NCBI RefSeq assembly: GCF_006345805.1
Contig: NC_043002.1
Location: forward strand, 55,614,001-55,678,000
Length of the DNA: 64,000 nt
Direction of reading: 5' to 3'
Source of the DNA: Octopus sinensis
Lineage: Eukaryota
How positions within the stretch are numbered: the stretch's first letter is position 1; each line of letters starts with the position of its first letter. The position numbers and the translations under genes were made by a program. Under the pieces are notes generated by a model that saw nothing but the letters and a program-made list of their open reading frames with translations, was not told the DNA's origin and did not search any database. Shown in pieces: positions 1-12,320 of the stretch.

Positions 1-731
1 GTGTGTAATAATTTGTGTGTTTGTGTATGTTTGCGTGTATGTGCATGTGCTGACACATGACACTAGTGAATATGGAATTAAAACTCTAAATTTCTACAAG
101 TTCACTTTTATTTTATTTTATTTTGTTGTAATGTTTAAAGATATAAAAAGATATAAAAATGTTTTAAGATGATAAAAATTCGAATTTAAAGCATGCGTCG
201 CTTTGCCTGTATACTTTATGGCAACAGTAATTACATAACAATTAGAGCAACTAAATCCGTAATTATCACATAATTAAAACAGATATGTCACATAATCTAT
301 TAGTTGACAGTACAGTTTATATGGCTTGGAAATTCCGTTGATAAAATAGTGTGATGTAGAATCTGAAAATAAGAAATGGTTCACGAAAACGATACCAGTG
401 CGAGAAAGAGAGGGTGAGAAAAGAGATAGTAAGAGAGGGAGAGAGAAAGGATGAAGAGATAGGGGGAGAGAGAGGGGAAGAGAGAGGGGGAGAAAGAGAG
501 CATTGATAGTACATTTCTTTCATTTTATGAATGACTAACATTGAATTGTAATGAGAGACAGTCATCGTCATCCATCATTATTAATTATCTTCTTCCTATC
601 ATATATTTGCGTTCTTACTCAAAATCTAAATCCATTCTGGCATCTGTATTTACAAGAACGTCGCCCTAAACAAGTATTGAACCCACAAACTCGATTACAC
701 TTCACCAAACCACTCCTCACAAAAGCCCACC

Positions 732-734
<3 letters not shown>

Positions 735-781
<47 letters not shown>

Positions 782-787
782 CACACA
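735..787. repeat. (CA)n microsatellite
   Basis: Near-pure CA run. Confidence 0.95.
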
Positions 788-827
788 CTTGTACCAACAT
801 TTGAAACCATCGGCGGAGATGGGCTTT

Positions 828-1158
828 GCCTTTCATCCTTTTGGGGTCGATAAATTAAGTATCAGTGAAACACTGGGGTCGATGTAATCGAAAGTCCCCT
901 CCCCCACAATTTCAGACCTTGTGCTTATAGGAGAAATGATTATTATTATTATCATCATTATTTAACGCGCCGAATAAAATGCTTAGCGGCATTTCGTCCG
1001 TCCTTACGTTCTGGGTTCAAATGCCACCGCGGTCGACTGTGCCTTTCACCCGTTCGGGTTTGATAAAATAAGTACCGCTGAATACTGGGGTGGATGTAAT
1101 TGATTGGTCTCCTCCCCACAAATTTCAGGCTTTGTGTCTTTAGTAGAAAGGATTATTA
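828..1158 (+). mobile_element. Two partial copies of tRNA-derived SINE family A (tail type B)
   Basis: Family core GCCTTTCATCCTTTCGGGGTCGATAAA..AAGTACCAG..CACTGGGGTCGATGTAATCG and tail CCTCCCCCACAAATTTCAGGC..TTGTG seen in many copies in the window; the core resembles Deu/Nin-type SINE domains (from memory). Confidence 0.8.
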
Positions 1159-1312
1159 CCACAATTATTTGCCTCGTCTTTCAATTTTTGCTTCCATTTC
1201 TTGCCGAGTGTCTTCCCGACACCTAGCACAAAGAAACTCATTGAATAGGTTACTAGGCCATTAGAATAAACACACCAGATTGTTCTTTTGCAAAGCCATA
1301 TGATACAAAAGG

Positions 1313-1362
<50 letters not shown>

Positions 1363-1364
1363 AA

Positions 1365-1400
<36 letters not shown>

Positions 1401-2135
1401 AATGAAAAAAGAAAGAAAAAGTAAAGAAAAAATAGGAAATAAATGAAAAAAGAAAACAGAAAATAAAGTGGGAGGATAGAAAATTCACAGCGCCAATGCT
1501 CTTCTCAATACGTGTGACATCTATTGAAGGCAATTTTTTGCACTTCTTGCATGGATGGTAAGCCAGGAGTCATCCTCAAATAATTTTCCGTTCCTTTTTT
1601 TATCATTCCAAGTGCTTCTACAATCTCTAGTATTGCAACTGACTTGAGATGCCACATTCTTTCGATTTCGATCAGCAAATCTTTATATCTTCCGAGCTTT
1701 ATATCTTCTCTTTTGCCGAGATATTATGATCACAAGGTATGCTCATGTCAATCAATAAACAGACTGAATGTTGTTTGCTGTCAAAGGCCTTTTTATAATC
1801 AATCTATGCAGAACTGAAATTTCTGCGTTTGATTTTACGATTCTTAAGGATCATGCAATTGATAAGGTGTTTATTTTGGCATCCATATGAGATTTTTCGG
1901 CACCCTTTTTGATCAGTGGGGAAAGTATCCTTCTGTTCCATAAATGCGCATGTTTTCTCCATGAGGATGGATGTTAAAATTTTATACGTGGTAGATAGAC
2001 AGGTTATGAGCCTATAGTTTATTGTTTTGTTTTGTTTTTAATTTGGTTTCATTATTCTATGGGAGTATGTAAGTAATACCACTTGCTAATCAACCAGATG
2101 TTTTGGGGGGATCTCTCATAATCTCATTGAATAGC
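1159..2135 (-). mobile_element. R4/Dong-clade non-LTR retrotransposon remnant: RT motifs 0-3 fused directly to REL endonuclease C-terminus and 3' UTR
   Basis: Minus-strand translation gives NYRLITCLSTTYKILTSILM..QKGCRK..IDYKKAFDS, then CLLIDMSIPCDHNISAKE..YKDLLIEIERMWHLK..GMIKKG..VLRRALAL*; (TTTC)n in the UTR and a TAATAAT end. Confidence 0.85.
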
Positions 2136-2139
2136 TGAA

Positions 2140-2735
2140 CTAACTTTTCGTGTTTACCAGGGATTTCCACTTATGAGCCTTCATGTATTCCTTATTTTGG
2201 GCTAGGTATCCCGTTAAGCTCTTGTGTTCGATACGCACGCAGTCTTCCACACTTATCAGTCCCCTTCTTCCATTTGCTTTCTTCATGTATAGGCGATCAG
2301 TGTCTGCACGTGGATGATGGGCTCCATGCATCATTAGGAGCTTTCTTGATTTCCTGCCCATCTCCTTTAGCTGCTTTTCTTTCCACTTCAGGATTCCGAT
2401 GAAATAGCGAAATACTGCGACTGCACGCGAGTTTATTGCCGAAATTCTGTTCCTGGTGTTCAGCTTTGAAACCAATATTTTTCTCACTCGCCGCAGGTAC
2501 TCTCATTTTGTCTTTTCTTTCATGTCTTACTGTTTGATTCCATCTGCCTCAAGTATTCCCAGGTATTTATAGCTGGATTGAGGTTGAATTTCTTTCATCA
2601 TTTCACCACTTGTTAACCATATGCCTTCCGTCCTGGCAAGCTTTCCTAGACTCATCACCATCGTAGCACATTTTGAGAGTCCAAACTCCATCTTAATATC
2701 ATTGGAGAAAATCCGCACAGACTGGACCATATGAA
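2140..2735 (-). mobile_element. R4/Dong-clade RT C-terminal/thumb remnant
   Basis: ORFs 2527-2730 (IKMEFGLSKCA..YKYLGILEAD) and 2140-2487 (KLNTRNRISAIN..HHPRADTDRLYMKKANGRRGLISVED) are typical R4/Dong post-RT motifs. Confidence 0.88.
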
Positions 2736-2794
2736 AAATAAAAAGTAAATAACAAACGAAGTTTCATCTTGATATTTGTTTACTATGAATGGAC

Positions 2795-2826
<32 letters not shown>

Positions 2827-2829
2827 TGG

Positions 2830-3897
2830 GACACTGATTAAAATATAAAGAGGTTTCATGAATCGAGTGAAAAGAATATAGGATGAAAAAGGAGGTTTTG
2901 AAGAATCCGTCCAGCAAGAGTAATCTGTAGGAATGACTGGATTACAGGAGTAGAGATTGAAGAAATTCAGAGAAACTTTAAAAAAAAAGACCAGAAGGAG
3001 AATGAAATAACAGTAGCAGAAAACGGTAATGAGGGGGTAAGTGATGAAGAATAGGAAACAAATGGAAACCACAAAGTACCAGAGAATACTGATAAAATCA
3101 CCAATGAAGACGATTTAGATGGACAAGTGACAATAAGTACTGCACAGGATTTTAGAAATGTTGCGAGGTAAAGTGTCTGATGGGAACAATGAAGTACCAC
3201 TAAAGATAAGATATATGGATAGAAAATATGTGAGGAGAGCCACAGGCAAAGTAAATGACTTTTAAGTTTAATCAAAACAGAAAACATCGGTGAAACAAGC
3301 CAGCAAATCATAGCTGTTGCTAATGTCGTAGCTAACATGGTAGGCTACACGCGAAAAACTAAAGATATAAAAAGCAAATTAAAAGAAAGAACGAAACTGA
3401 AGGAAGAGAATACGAATAGGAATTGAATAGGATAATTAGAGAAGAGCTCAAGGATAAGGTAGTAATCAGAAAATTGAATTGACTGTACAGGTTAGAAGAA
3501 AGGGGGGAAACAAACGGTGCATGAAGAATTGACACGAAAGGTGACAGCATTAAAAGCCAAATTGAAAAGATATGCTAGATACAACGATTTCGAACAGAAC
3601 TGTACCCAGACAAAAGGACGTCAGAATTAATATATAAACAGTGAGACAGAAGTTTAAAAAATAGCAAATTGGTAAGGACCATTCCCAACTGGAGTACAAG
3701 GCTTTTAGCTGAAGAGATCTGCACAGTTGCATGAAAGGATCGCTGCGCAACTGGATTACTGCCTATAGCAAGGTCACGTCCCTGCCTGGATGACGAGTGG
3801 ACGAACGCTGCTATGCTTCAAGGACCCCTTGGCATCAAATTTTCAAACTATAACCTGTTTACCACTTATGTGGAAGCTTATTACCGGTGTCTTGACG
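2830..3897 (+). mobile_element. R4/Dong-clade ORF N-terminal region to RT motif 1, degenerate
   Basis: Translates with stops and frameshifts to EELTRKVTALKAKLKRYARY and [37 protein letters not shown]. Confidence 0.8.
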
Positions 3898-3899
3898 CA

Positions 3900-4385
3900 C
3901 CCTCCTCCCTTGTTTACTAGTCCATACAGTACCAGCGCGCATCTAACATCCCGTTCCAGTAGTTCATTAACACTAATGAGTGGGATATTCCCAGAAAACT
4001 TCCAGGCACCTGAAGCAATCTAGTCGTCCTTATCCCGTTGAGACATAGACGGTAACTAGATTAAAAGCGTGTCCTTCATCACTGATTATGCCCAGCATCG
4101 TCACTTACCTTCCGATTCTAGGAAGATGATCCGTATCGTGAGATCCAGGTCCTTCCGAAACAACACGGGGATCCTGCCTCCTGCTTCCGGGCGACTTCCA
4201 GATGCGTACACTTCATACTCTTCGAAAATGGCTTTGAAGTCTCATGGCTCGGACATTCTGGCCTCGCTGATGGCAACCACATCGATGTTCGGTAACCTGA
4301 GGCCGTTGAACTGCTGACATTGCTTCCAAGACGACCCCAAGCCACTTGCATTCACACTGCCTATTCTGAGCAAGAACTAGGTTAT
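3900..4385 (-). mobile_element. APE endonuclease N-terminal remnant, L1/Tx1-like ORF2
   Basis: [43 protein letters not shown] resembles APE motifs; clade call is inference. Confidence 0.65.
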
Positions 4386-4754
4386 TGAGATAAGAAAAAT
4401 TAGAAGGAAAACTTACTTGGTTTTGTGTGGAGGGGCAGTTTGTCCGTCCCTCCGGTTTGATTAGGATGTTTTCACCAACAGATCACTAAATATTCACCGA
4501 TTTCCATTGCGAATTTAGTTTTTAGCGTGTGTATTTTAGGTCTTGTGTTGCTGGAATGATTTGTACGTGTGTAGGTATCGGGGTTGTGAGTGTTGTGAAA
4601 TCTGTTTGTGAGATGTTTGTGTCTGTTTTTATGTACTACATGAGTTCGCGTTATTTTTTTTTTGTGTGTGTGTGTGTGTTTATCACCATGTAGCTTGTAA
4701 TGCTACTTTCTTTACTTTGTGTTTGAGTTTTGTTGTTGTTGTTGTTGTTATTGT

Positions 4755-5720
4755 AGATGTGTAAACAAGTTGGATTAGCAAAGTAGCTCAAAAGAAACAG
4801 AAAAGAAGGCAACATAACGTAGGTAGGTATGTTCATTGGATATTGTGTGAGAAGTAGGATCTTGAAAGGTAGGAGCATAAATCAGGAGGCGTCACAGGGA
4901 ATACTTTTTTTTTCTACTCTAGACACAAGGCCCGAATTTTGGGGGTGGGGGCCACTCGACTAGATCGACCCTAGTACGCAACTGGTACTTAATTTATAGA
5001 CCCCGAAAGGAGGAAAGGCAAAGTCGACCTCGAAAGAATTTGAACTCAGAACGTAGACAGACGAAACACCGTTAAGCATTTCGCCCTGCGTGCCAACGTT
5101 TCTGCCGGCTCGCTGCCTTTAAATCCTTAGATATTCTTTTCTGCTCTAGACAAAAGGTTCGAAATTTTGGGGAGGGGGCCAGTCGATTAGATCGATCCCA
5201 GTACATAACTGGTACTTAATTTATCGACCCCGAAATTATGAATGGTAGAGTCGACCTCGGCATACTTTGAACTTAGAACGTAAAGACAGACGAAACAACG
5301 TTAAGCATTTCGCCCGGCGTGCTAACGTTTCTGCCAGCTCGCCGCCTAAGGCGTCACCGAGAATATAGAGAACAAGATGTTGTAGGATTTTACAATCCTG
5401 TGTGATTCTGTGGTTGATGCTCGAGGAACAGACATTGTTGTAGTTGACAAAGTGATGAAGGAAACCAAATTCATAGATATTGCCATATCTGGAGGTGTAA
5501 GAATGAATAACAAAGAACTGGAAAAGATGAGACTATACGAATGTGGACAATGAAGAGAGTAACTGTCATTGTAGCAGTTGAGGGGTCATCGGAAGCATTA
5601 ATAAGGGCCAGGTTTGAGAAATTTGTTGGAGAAACTGGATTTGGCATGAGGATAGAACATGCTCAGAAAATTGTTTTATTGGGGACAGCAAGGATTTTGA
5701 GATTGGTACTTGGGTGTTAA
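4755..5720 (+). mobile_element. R4/Dong-clade C-terminus (post zinc-knuckle + REL endonuclease), interrupted by two SINEs
   Basis: AQKKQKRRQHNVGRYVHWILCEK..GGVT[SINEs]..DFTILCD..ARGTDIVVVDK..FIDIA..QKIVLLGTARILRLVLGC*. Confidence 0.82.
4905..5348 (-). mobile_element. Two tandem full SINE family A copies (tail B) with imperfect 17-bp TSD
   Basis: Reverse-complement heads GGCGGCGAGCTGGCAGAAACGTTAGCACG; flanks AGGCGTCACAGGGAATA (4887-4903) and AGGCGTCACCGAGAATA (5349-5365). Confidence 0.85.
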
Positions 5721-5785
5721 GTATCGTGGAAAGAGAGTCTGAGACAAGATTATTGTCTGCTCTAACAGAATTAACCAGAACAAAA

Positions 5786-6205
5786 GGCGGCGAGCTGGCA
5801 GAAACGTTAGCGCGCCGGACGAAATGCTTAGCGGTATGTTGTCTGCCGCTACTTTCTGAGTTCAAATTCCGCCGAGGTTGACTTTGCCTTTCATCCTTTC
5901 GGGGTCGATTAAATAAGTACCAGTTACGCACTGGGGTCGATTTAATCGACTTAATCCGTTTGTCTGTCCTTGTATGTCCCCTCTATGTTTAGCTCCTTGC
6001 GGGCAATAAAGAAATAAGAAATGTTAGCACGCCGGACGAAATGCTTAACGGTATTTCGTCCGCCTGAGTTCAAATTCCGCTGATGTCAACTTTGCCTTTC
6101 ATCATTTCGGGGTCGATGAATTAATTACCAGTTTCGTACTGGTGTCGATCTAATCGACTGGCCCCCTCCCCCAAAATTTCGGGCCTTAAGCCGAAAGTAG
6201 AAAGA
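5786..6205 (+). mobile_element. SINE family A dimer (first unit tail A, second unit tail B)
   Basis: tRNA-like head with A-box-like TGGCAGAAACG and B-box-like GAGTTCAAATTCC; core repeated twice. Confidence 0.85.
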
Positions 6206-6254
6206 GTTAGTCAGAGTAAGTGAAATTGAGAACTCTGAGAAGTTTGGTGATGGC

Positions 6255-6258
<4 letters not shown>

Positions 6259-6327
<69 letters not shown>
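6259..6327. repeat. (TAA)n microsatellite
   Basis: Direct observation. Confidence 0.9.
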
Positions 6328-6329
<2 letters not shown>

Positions 6330-6644
6330 CCTGCGCATGTCTTTAAACTGCATCCAGTTGTGGGGTCCTGGTTCGGTAGTTCCAGGGTTTCCAGATGTGT
6401 AGAACCACCTTTGACCCACAACTATTCCCAGGTCTACTTTGGCCCGGAATAGTAGGACCTGTCAGGGCCCCAGCTATGGGTTAACTAGTATATTTCTCAT
6501 GGGTAGTAGAAGCTTTCTAATCTTGAATGACAACTGGAACCAACAATGGTGAATGTGTCACGCCTGGCATGTGTGCCACTGTGAACAGAGTATGCCCAGT
6601 CGACAATCAGCCACTGCTAACTAACAAAGGAATGGGGAATAGAT

Positions 6645-6935
6645 ACCAGAAGCCCATCTTGTATATCTGTGTGTGTGTTTGTGTGCGTGTGTGTTTGTGT
6701 GTGTGTGTATGTGTGTGTCTTTGTATCTGTGGTTGTGCCCTTCACCACTTGACAACCGGCGCGTTGGTGTGTTTACGTCCCTGTAACATAGCAGTTCGGC
6801 AAAAGAGACCGATACAGTAACCACTTGGTTTAAAAAATAAAAAAAACAAGTACTGGTGTCGTTGAACTGAAATTCTTCAAGGTATTGCCCCAGCATGGCC
6901 ACAGTATAATGACTGAAACAAGTGAAAGATAAAAT
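6645..6935 (+). mobile_element. SINE family B (CORE-like), internal (GT)n and 3' half
   Basis: Tail TTGACAACCG..GTTTACGTCCC.GTAAC.TAGC.GTTCGGCAAAAGAGACCGATA..CCCCAGCATGGCCACAGT..GACTGAAACAAG. Confidence 0.75.
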
Positions 6936-7649
6936 ATAAGAGATATCATGTTCTTTGATATTACTCAGAGTGACGAAAACAAATTTACAATGTTTATTCA
7001 TTACAGCTAACATTCAAACAATGTATGTTAATTATATGCTATTTTCAGCCACCTAATTATAAATTGCAACAATTTTCTGTTCTGATTTCTGTTCCCCGTC
7101 GAAATAAAAGCTTTCATTATCATTAGTGCACTAATAATCTGTTAGTAAGACCAATATGAGGAACGTCAATTAAAGTTGTATAATTTGTAGACAGATAACT
7201 TGGGAAAAGCAAACAGTGATATGGTTTTGTTTCGCGGTTACCATATCAGGTCATAAAAAAACTGGAGAAACTTTTGAATTCCAAGTAAAGTTAATAGGTT
7301 TCGTGTAATTTGCAATTTGTTGTCTCACAACTAAACGCTAAGCGCGACATTTGGGTCAACAAGAAATTCTGATGTTATGACAATTCTGGTTTTCTGGGGA
7401 TAACTGTGGCGAAATTGAAGACAGCTCGCTTCCGCTGAAGATCGAATTTCGAAATATTGTTTCGATGAAGTTTGGAAATACTCGCGGGACATATAAATAT
7501 CGATATTGAGTTTATTAAAATAAGCATTGTGTTCATAGCAATCACCTTTAATAGGGTCACTAATTCAATAATAAACATCCTCTTGCACTCAATGATTCAT
7601 AATGATTAACAAAAGAAAGAAAGAAACAAACAAACAAAAAAGCGACAGA

Positions 7650-8058
7650 CGAATGAGTGACACAGAGTAAACATTATCGGTTTCAAAATTTTGCACAGGA
7701 TAAGGGGTAAATCGATTACATCGCCACCAATAATCAACTGGTATTCCTTTTATCGACCTCGAAAGAATGAAAAGTAAAGTCAACCTCGGCGAAATTTGAA
7801 CTCAGAACGCAAAGACAGACGAAATACCTATTTCTTTACTACCCACAAGGGGCTAAACACAGAGAGGACAAACAACGACAGGCAAATGGATTAAGTCGAT
7901 TAAATCGACCCCAGTGCGTAACTGGTACTTATTTAATCGACCCCGAAAGGATGAAAGGCAAAGTCAACCTCGACGGAATTTGAACTCAGAACGTAGCGGC
8001 AGACGAAATACCGCTAAGCATTTTGCCCGGCGTGTTAACGATTTTGCCTGCTCGTTGC
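7650..8058 (-). mobile_element. SINE family A dimer with fixed GAAATAGG-TATTTCG junction
   Basis: Reverse complement of the family A head, core and tail A; junction at about 7823-7837. Confidence 0.82.
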
Positions 8059-8128
8059 CTTTACACAGGACAAACATTATTACCAACAGAAACAAACGAA
8101 AACAATAAATTACAATGAATTAATAAAA

Positions 8129-8155
8129 CTAGCAGAACTCGTGAATATTTCACGG
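8129..8155 (-). mobile_element. Helitron 3' terminus
   Basis: Minus strand CCGTGAA-ATA-TTCACGA hairpin followed by GTTCTGCTAG then T; 5' end not located. Confidence 0.55.
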
Positions 8156-8779
8156 AATTGATCGTAAAAACCTATCGGGTTATTTCTGAAAACTTTATCC
8201 AAAAGCAAACCTGAGAGCCTAGCCTGTGTTGTGTGTGCATCAAAAGATACTCAGTCGTCTGCTAATCATTGAAAAGTGAAGGAAATTGGAATACGATGAT
8301 TACTTGATGCGCTTTATATATACACTTAATATACTTTATGCACAATTTATAGGCTTAATACACAGCACTCTCCTCTTTCTCTCTCAGTTTTCGCCTTGCC
8401 CTCTTTTTATCTCCTTTTTCTTTCGTTCTTCGCCTTTTCCTTCAACTAATCACGTGAAGGCGTTACAGACGGACTAAGTAATGGAGGAAAAAACTTAATC
8501 CCAAAAAGAAAATTACACATTTCATTCACCATCACCTCAACCATTTTTTGTCTATAGATCCTTTTTGATTGCCATTTTACTCGGTTGGACCCTCACGGCT
8601 ATTTAATGCTTTAAAAAAAACCAATTGTATTTTTATAATTAGATATTGAGAATTGTAAAAGTTGTTTAAATGTTTTGTGTATTGTAGATGTATAACCAAT
8701 TTATTACGCATATACCTTGGCAAGTACATTTATCATATCTAAAAGTTGCTTTTGGTGTCTTTAATAACAGCATCTGGCG

Positions 8780-10130
8780 TTAATTGGTCGACCAGTGTGT
8801 ACTGGAAAGTCCCAAAGGGCGGCGATGTCGTTACTTCCAAATACTGGTTAAGGTAGATGCTTATAGCAGCTTTTCGCATGTTCAGCACCGAGGTTCTGGA
8901 GTTCAATCAAGTTTTCAGCACCAGCATTTCTCTTCTGTTGTACTCCTTTGGAATATTTTCCTTCATTTGTGCGTGCTGAATAGCATTAGCCTCATTAATA
9001 CCAAGATATTTTAGAAGTTCCTTCTGGATTTTGTTCTTTTGTGGTTGTATCTACTTCAAGTTGACCAGATCATGTCAACTTGCTCTTTTAAAAGTTTCTT
9101 TTGCACTTTTATTGAGACCAGAATCGTCTCCGAAATCATAACTGCTTTACCGTTGATAAAGGCCTTCTAATTTTTTATCAATACGAGCATACAACTTTAA
9201 ATCGAGCATAAGAAAAAAGAGATGATTGATGAGTCTTTTATTGCTGTTATTAATAAGTTTGTATCCACACAATATGTTGTTTGGTTCATTTGAAAGAGAG
9301 AAGAGTTCTATACTGAAGAAGAATGGTGACAAGGAGTCACCGTGGAAAATTCCACAGTTTATTTCCATTTTGTTAGATTCATGACTTCATTGTTGTGGCT
9401 AAGAAAAGAGTTGCCAACTATTTCGTCATACAATGTCGGTGAAAACCTGAGATGAGTGAAGAGATTTTGTATATTTCTTTTTCAATACCATGTGGAACAC
9501 TGTCCAAAACTTCGTTTCAGTCGATCTATGCAGTGCTCAAATTCTTATTCGTTTTGCGAGTTTTCAAGGCTCATGCTGCTGACCAGTCTCTGATCATAAC
9601 CACCCTAGGAGTAACGTTCACCACTTTCTTCGTTATTGTAGCATGTTCACATTTTCTTCGAGGAAGGTGTACATTTTCTCTGTTAGTATCAAGGTTAGAA
9701 TCTGATGAGACATGTAATGGGCCTATATAGTTCATTGCATTCTTTTTAGTTGCCGTTGCTTTTGGGAAGGAGGTAAACGGTGCCTTTCCTCAACCACTTT
9801 AGAGCTTCATTAGTCATCTGAACAATGAAGTGATTTCCTCGGGTAGGACCTTATGTACCCCTGGAAGTGCATGTAACCAGTAATCTGCTATTTGGTCTAT
9901 TCTTTATGTTTTGCATTTCTGTGCTTTACTGAAGGTCAGATTTGGCACTCCTACTGGTAGCCATTCACGTTCTTCAACTTTATTCGGTCTTTGATATTCT
10001 CTATTAACCCAAGATATTTCTTCGCTGTGTTGTTTTAGTTTTGTCAAAATGTTCTCCCAGAATTTCCAGAATTTCTCAATTTCCTTTATGTGGAGTGGTT
10101 TCTTTAATTCTATTTCTTCTTTCCATAATT
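8780..10130 (-). mobile_element. R4/Dong-clade RT remnant
   Basis: ORF 9147-9368 GIFHGDSLSPFFF..INHLFFLMLDLKLYA (degenerate QGDSLSP and YMDD); upstream EIEKFW; downstream GINEANAIQHAQMKE. Confidence 0.82.
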
Positions 10131-10190
10131 CTCATTGGCGCACTCAATGTTGGTCATGCACTAACTGTACGTAATTCTAAATCAGATGGC

Positions 10191-10252
<62 letters not shown>

Positions 10253-10466
10253 CGTGAAGTATATTTGCCACTTCAATGTGGCTAACCTTAAGGGTGGATG
10301 CTACTGCAGCTTGTAGCCCCAGGAGGACACCTCCTCCAACTGGCTATTGACACACTTTCTGTGCCCTATCAGTATTTGCAAAGGAAAGCCATCCTTCCCA
10401 TTTTCAACCTGACATGATACACACGTTCATACCTCGTTCAGAGATTGATTATATATATATATATAT

Positions 10467-10509
<43 letters not shown>

Positions 10510-11688
10510 AAAAAAGGAGATGTCGAACACGAGTAGTGATATATAAAAAAGGAAATGAAGAAAATGCTGACAAATAATTGAAGTAATTTAGTAATTTAAT
10601 TAGGTGAAAGTTCTTTTTACCGGTTGCGCATTTGTTATGCTTATCAAAATATAAAAGAGAGATTAGAGTCTGTCTCTTATATGTGAAAAAAAGAGGCTCC
10701 AGAGTTGTTTTGGATTTGCTTGGTTTCGCGCCTAAAATTTTGATTGGTCATTATGAAGGGGTCACGTGAATGTTTGAATGGAAGTTGGTGTTGGGGTAAG
10801 AAAAAAGGCTCCAGAGAAGTTAAAATTTGGCTAGTGTCCCGCCTAAAATTTCTTATTGGCCATAATAAAGAGGTCACGTGAATGTTTAGAATTTTCGAAA
10901 ATAGTGTTGTTGAAAATTCTTATTGTTCAGGCTGGTCAGTAGACGTCATGTGGATATTTTAAATAGCTTTTTAGCGCGTAGTTAGGGAGTGTATTTTCCG
11001 CTTGACTGGATAAGTAAGTTCGTTTAGAACAGGGAGAGCTGTATGTATGTATGTATGTATGTGTGTGCGCGCGCGCGCGTGTGTGTGTTTATATGTATGT
11101 TGGGGCGCGCGCGCGTGTATATATGTGTATGTGTGTGGGTACAATTTTCAATATTTATAGTTCTGCTGGCCTTGTGCCTGTATCGGGAAGCAACGTATTT
11201 GTGTGAAGTCAATATTTACAGCCATTTCCAAAAAATAGTGTTGGATGTTTTGCACCCGTATTCAATTATGTGTATGTGTGGAACCATATATTTGTGTGTG
11301 TCAAGGTGTTAATATCTGGGTAAAGGTGTGTGTAGGGTGTGTGCAGGTGTAAGTGTGTTTGTTGTGGGTTCGTGTTAGGGGCATGTGTTTAGAAGTGGTC
11401 TGTATTTATTAATAAGGTGGGATTCCATGGTTATTCGCTGGGTATGAGTGGCATTGTCTTTAAATTTGTAGAGGGGAAAGATTCTAAAATTGGGATGGAG
11501 TTGTGCGGCACAGGTATCAATATGTGCACTAATGCTATTTTTCTATATTCCTGTATTTTTATTTGGGATCTGTGGACAGTCATGCGTTGGCGGAGGCTAT
11601 TTTTTGTTTGGCCTATGTAGTGTTCATTACAGCCCGAGCAAGTTAAGACATATACTAGGTTTTCTGATGCGCATGTGAAGTTGTGTTC

Positions 11689-11690
<2 letters not shown>
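10510..11690 (-). mobile_element. Penelope-like element 3' portion: GIY-YIG endonuclease (11375-11690) plus 3' region/pseudo-LTR
   Basis: NFTCASENLVYVLTCSGCNEHYIGQTKNSLRQRMTVHRSQI, one frameshift, then HIDTCA..RITMESHLINKYRPLLN; flanked by (TA)n. Confidence 0.88.
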
Positions 11691-11774
<84 letters not shown>

Positions 11775-11971
11775 CACATATGTGTGTCTGTGTGTGTATC
11801 ATACACACATATACACATATATATTTATTTATTTATATTTATATAATCACCGCCATACTTTCACCTGATTCTGCTTCTACAACCTGACTATCGGCAAATT
11901 ATGCAGGTCAACACAAGCTAACCGCTTCGATATATCAACATTCGTCACCACACAGCAGTGTGTGTATGTAA

Positions 11972-12182
11972 GGTGAGCTGGCAGAATCGTTAGCACGCCG
12001 GACAAAATGCTTACCGGCTTTTCGTCCGTTTTCACGTTCTGAGTTCAAATTCCGCGGAAGTCAGCTTTACCTTTCACCCTTTCAAGGTCGATAAAATAAG
12101 TACCATTTAAACACTGGGGTCGATGTAATCAATTTACTCCCTCCTCAACATTGTTAGTCTTCTGCCAAAATTTGAAACCAAT
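11972..12182 (+). mobile_element. SINE family A full copy
   Basis: GGTGAGCTGGCAGAATCGTTAGCACGCCGG..GAGTTCAAATTCCG..core. Confidence 0.82.
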
Positions 12183-12277
12183 ATATATATATAACAAAGG
12201 GAAGTTGTAAGGTACCGCACGAGTGGAATTATATATGAAAGAAGGTTTGAAAATGCAATTTTAAAAGATGTTTATTC

Positions 12278-12320
12278 ACTTGACCGGTTTCACTTTTTTT
12301 AGGAAAAGATTGTCAAAAGT
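12278..12320 (-). ncRNA. Minimal type-I hammerhead motif, U3-A8 core variant, in a probable PLE pseudo-LTR (about 12190-12550)
   Basis: ACTT-TTGACAA-T-CTTTT(CCTAAA)AAAAG-T-GAAA-CCGG-TC-AAGT; stem I ACTT/AAGT, palindromic ACCGGT stem III. Confidence 0.55.
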
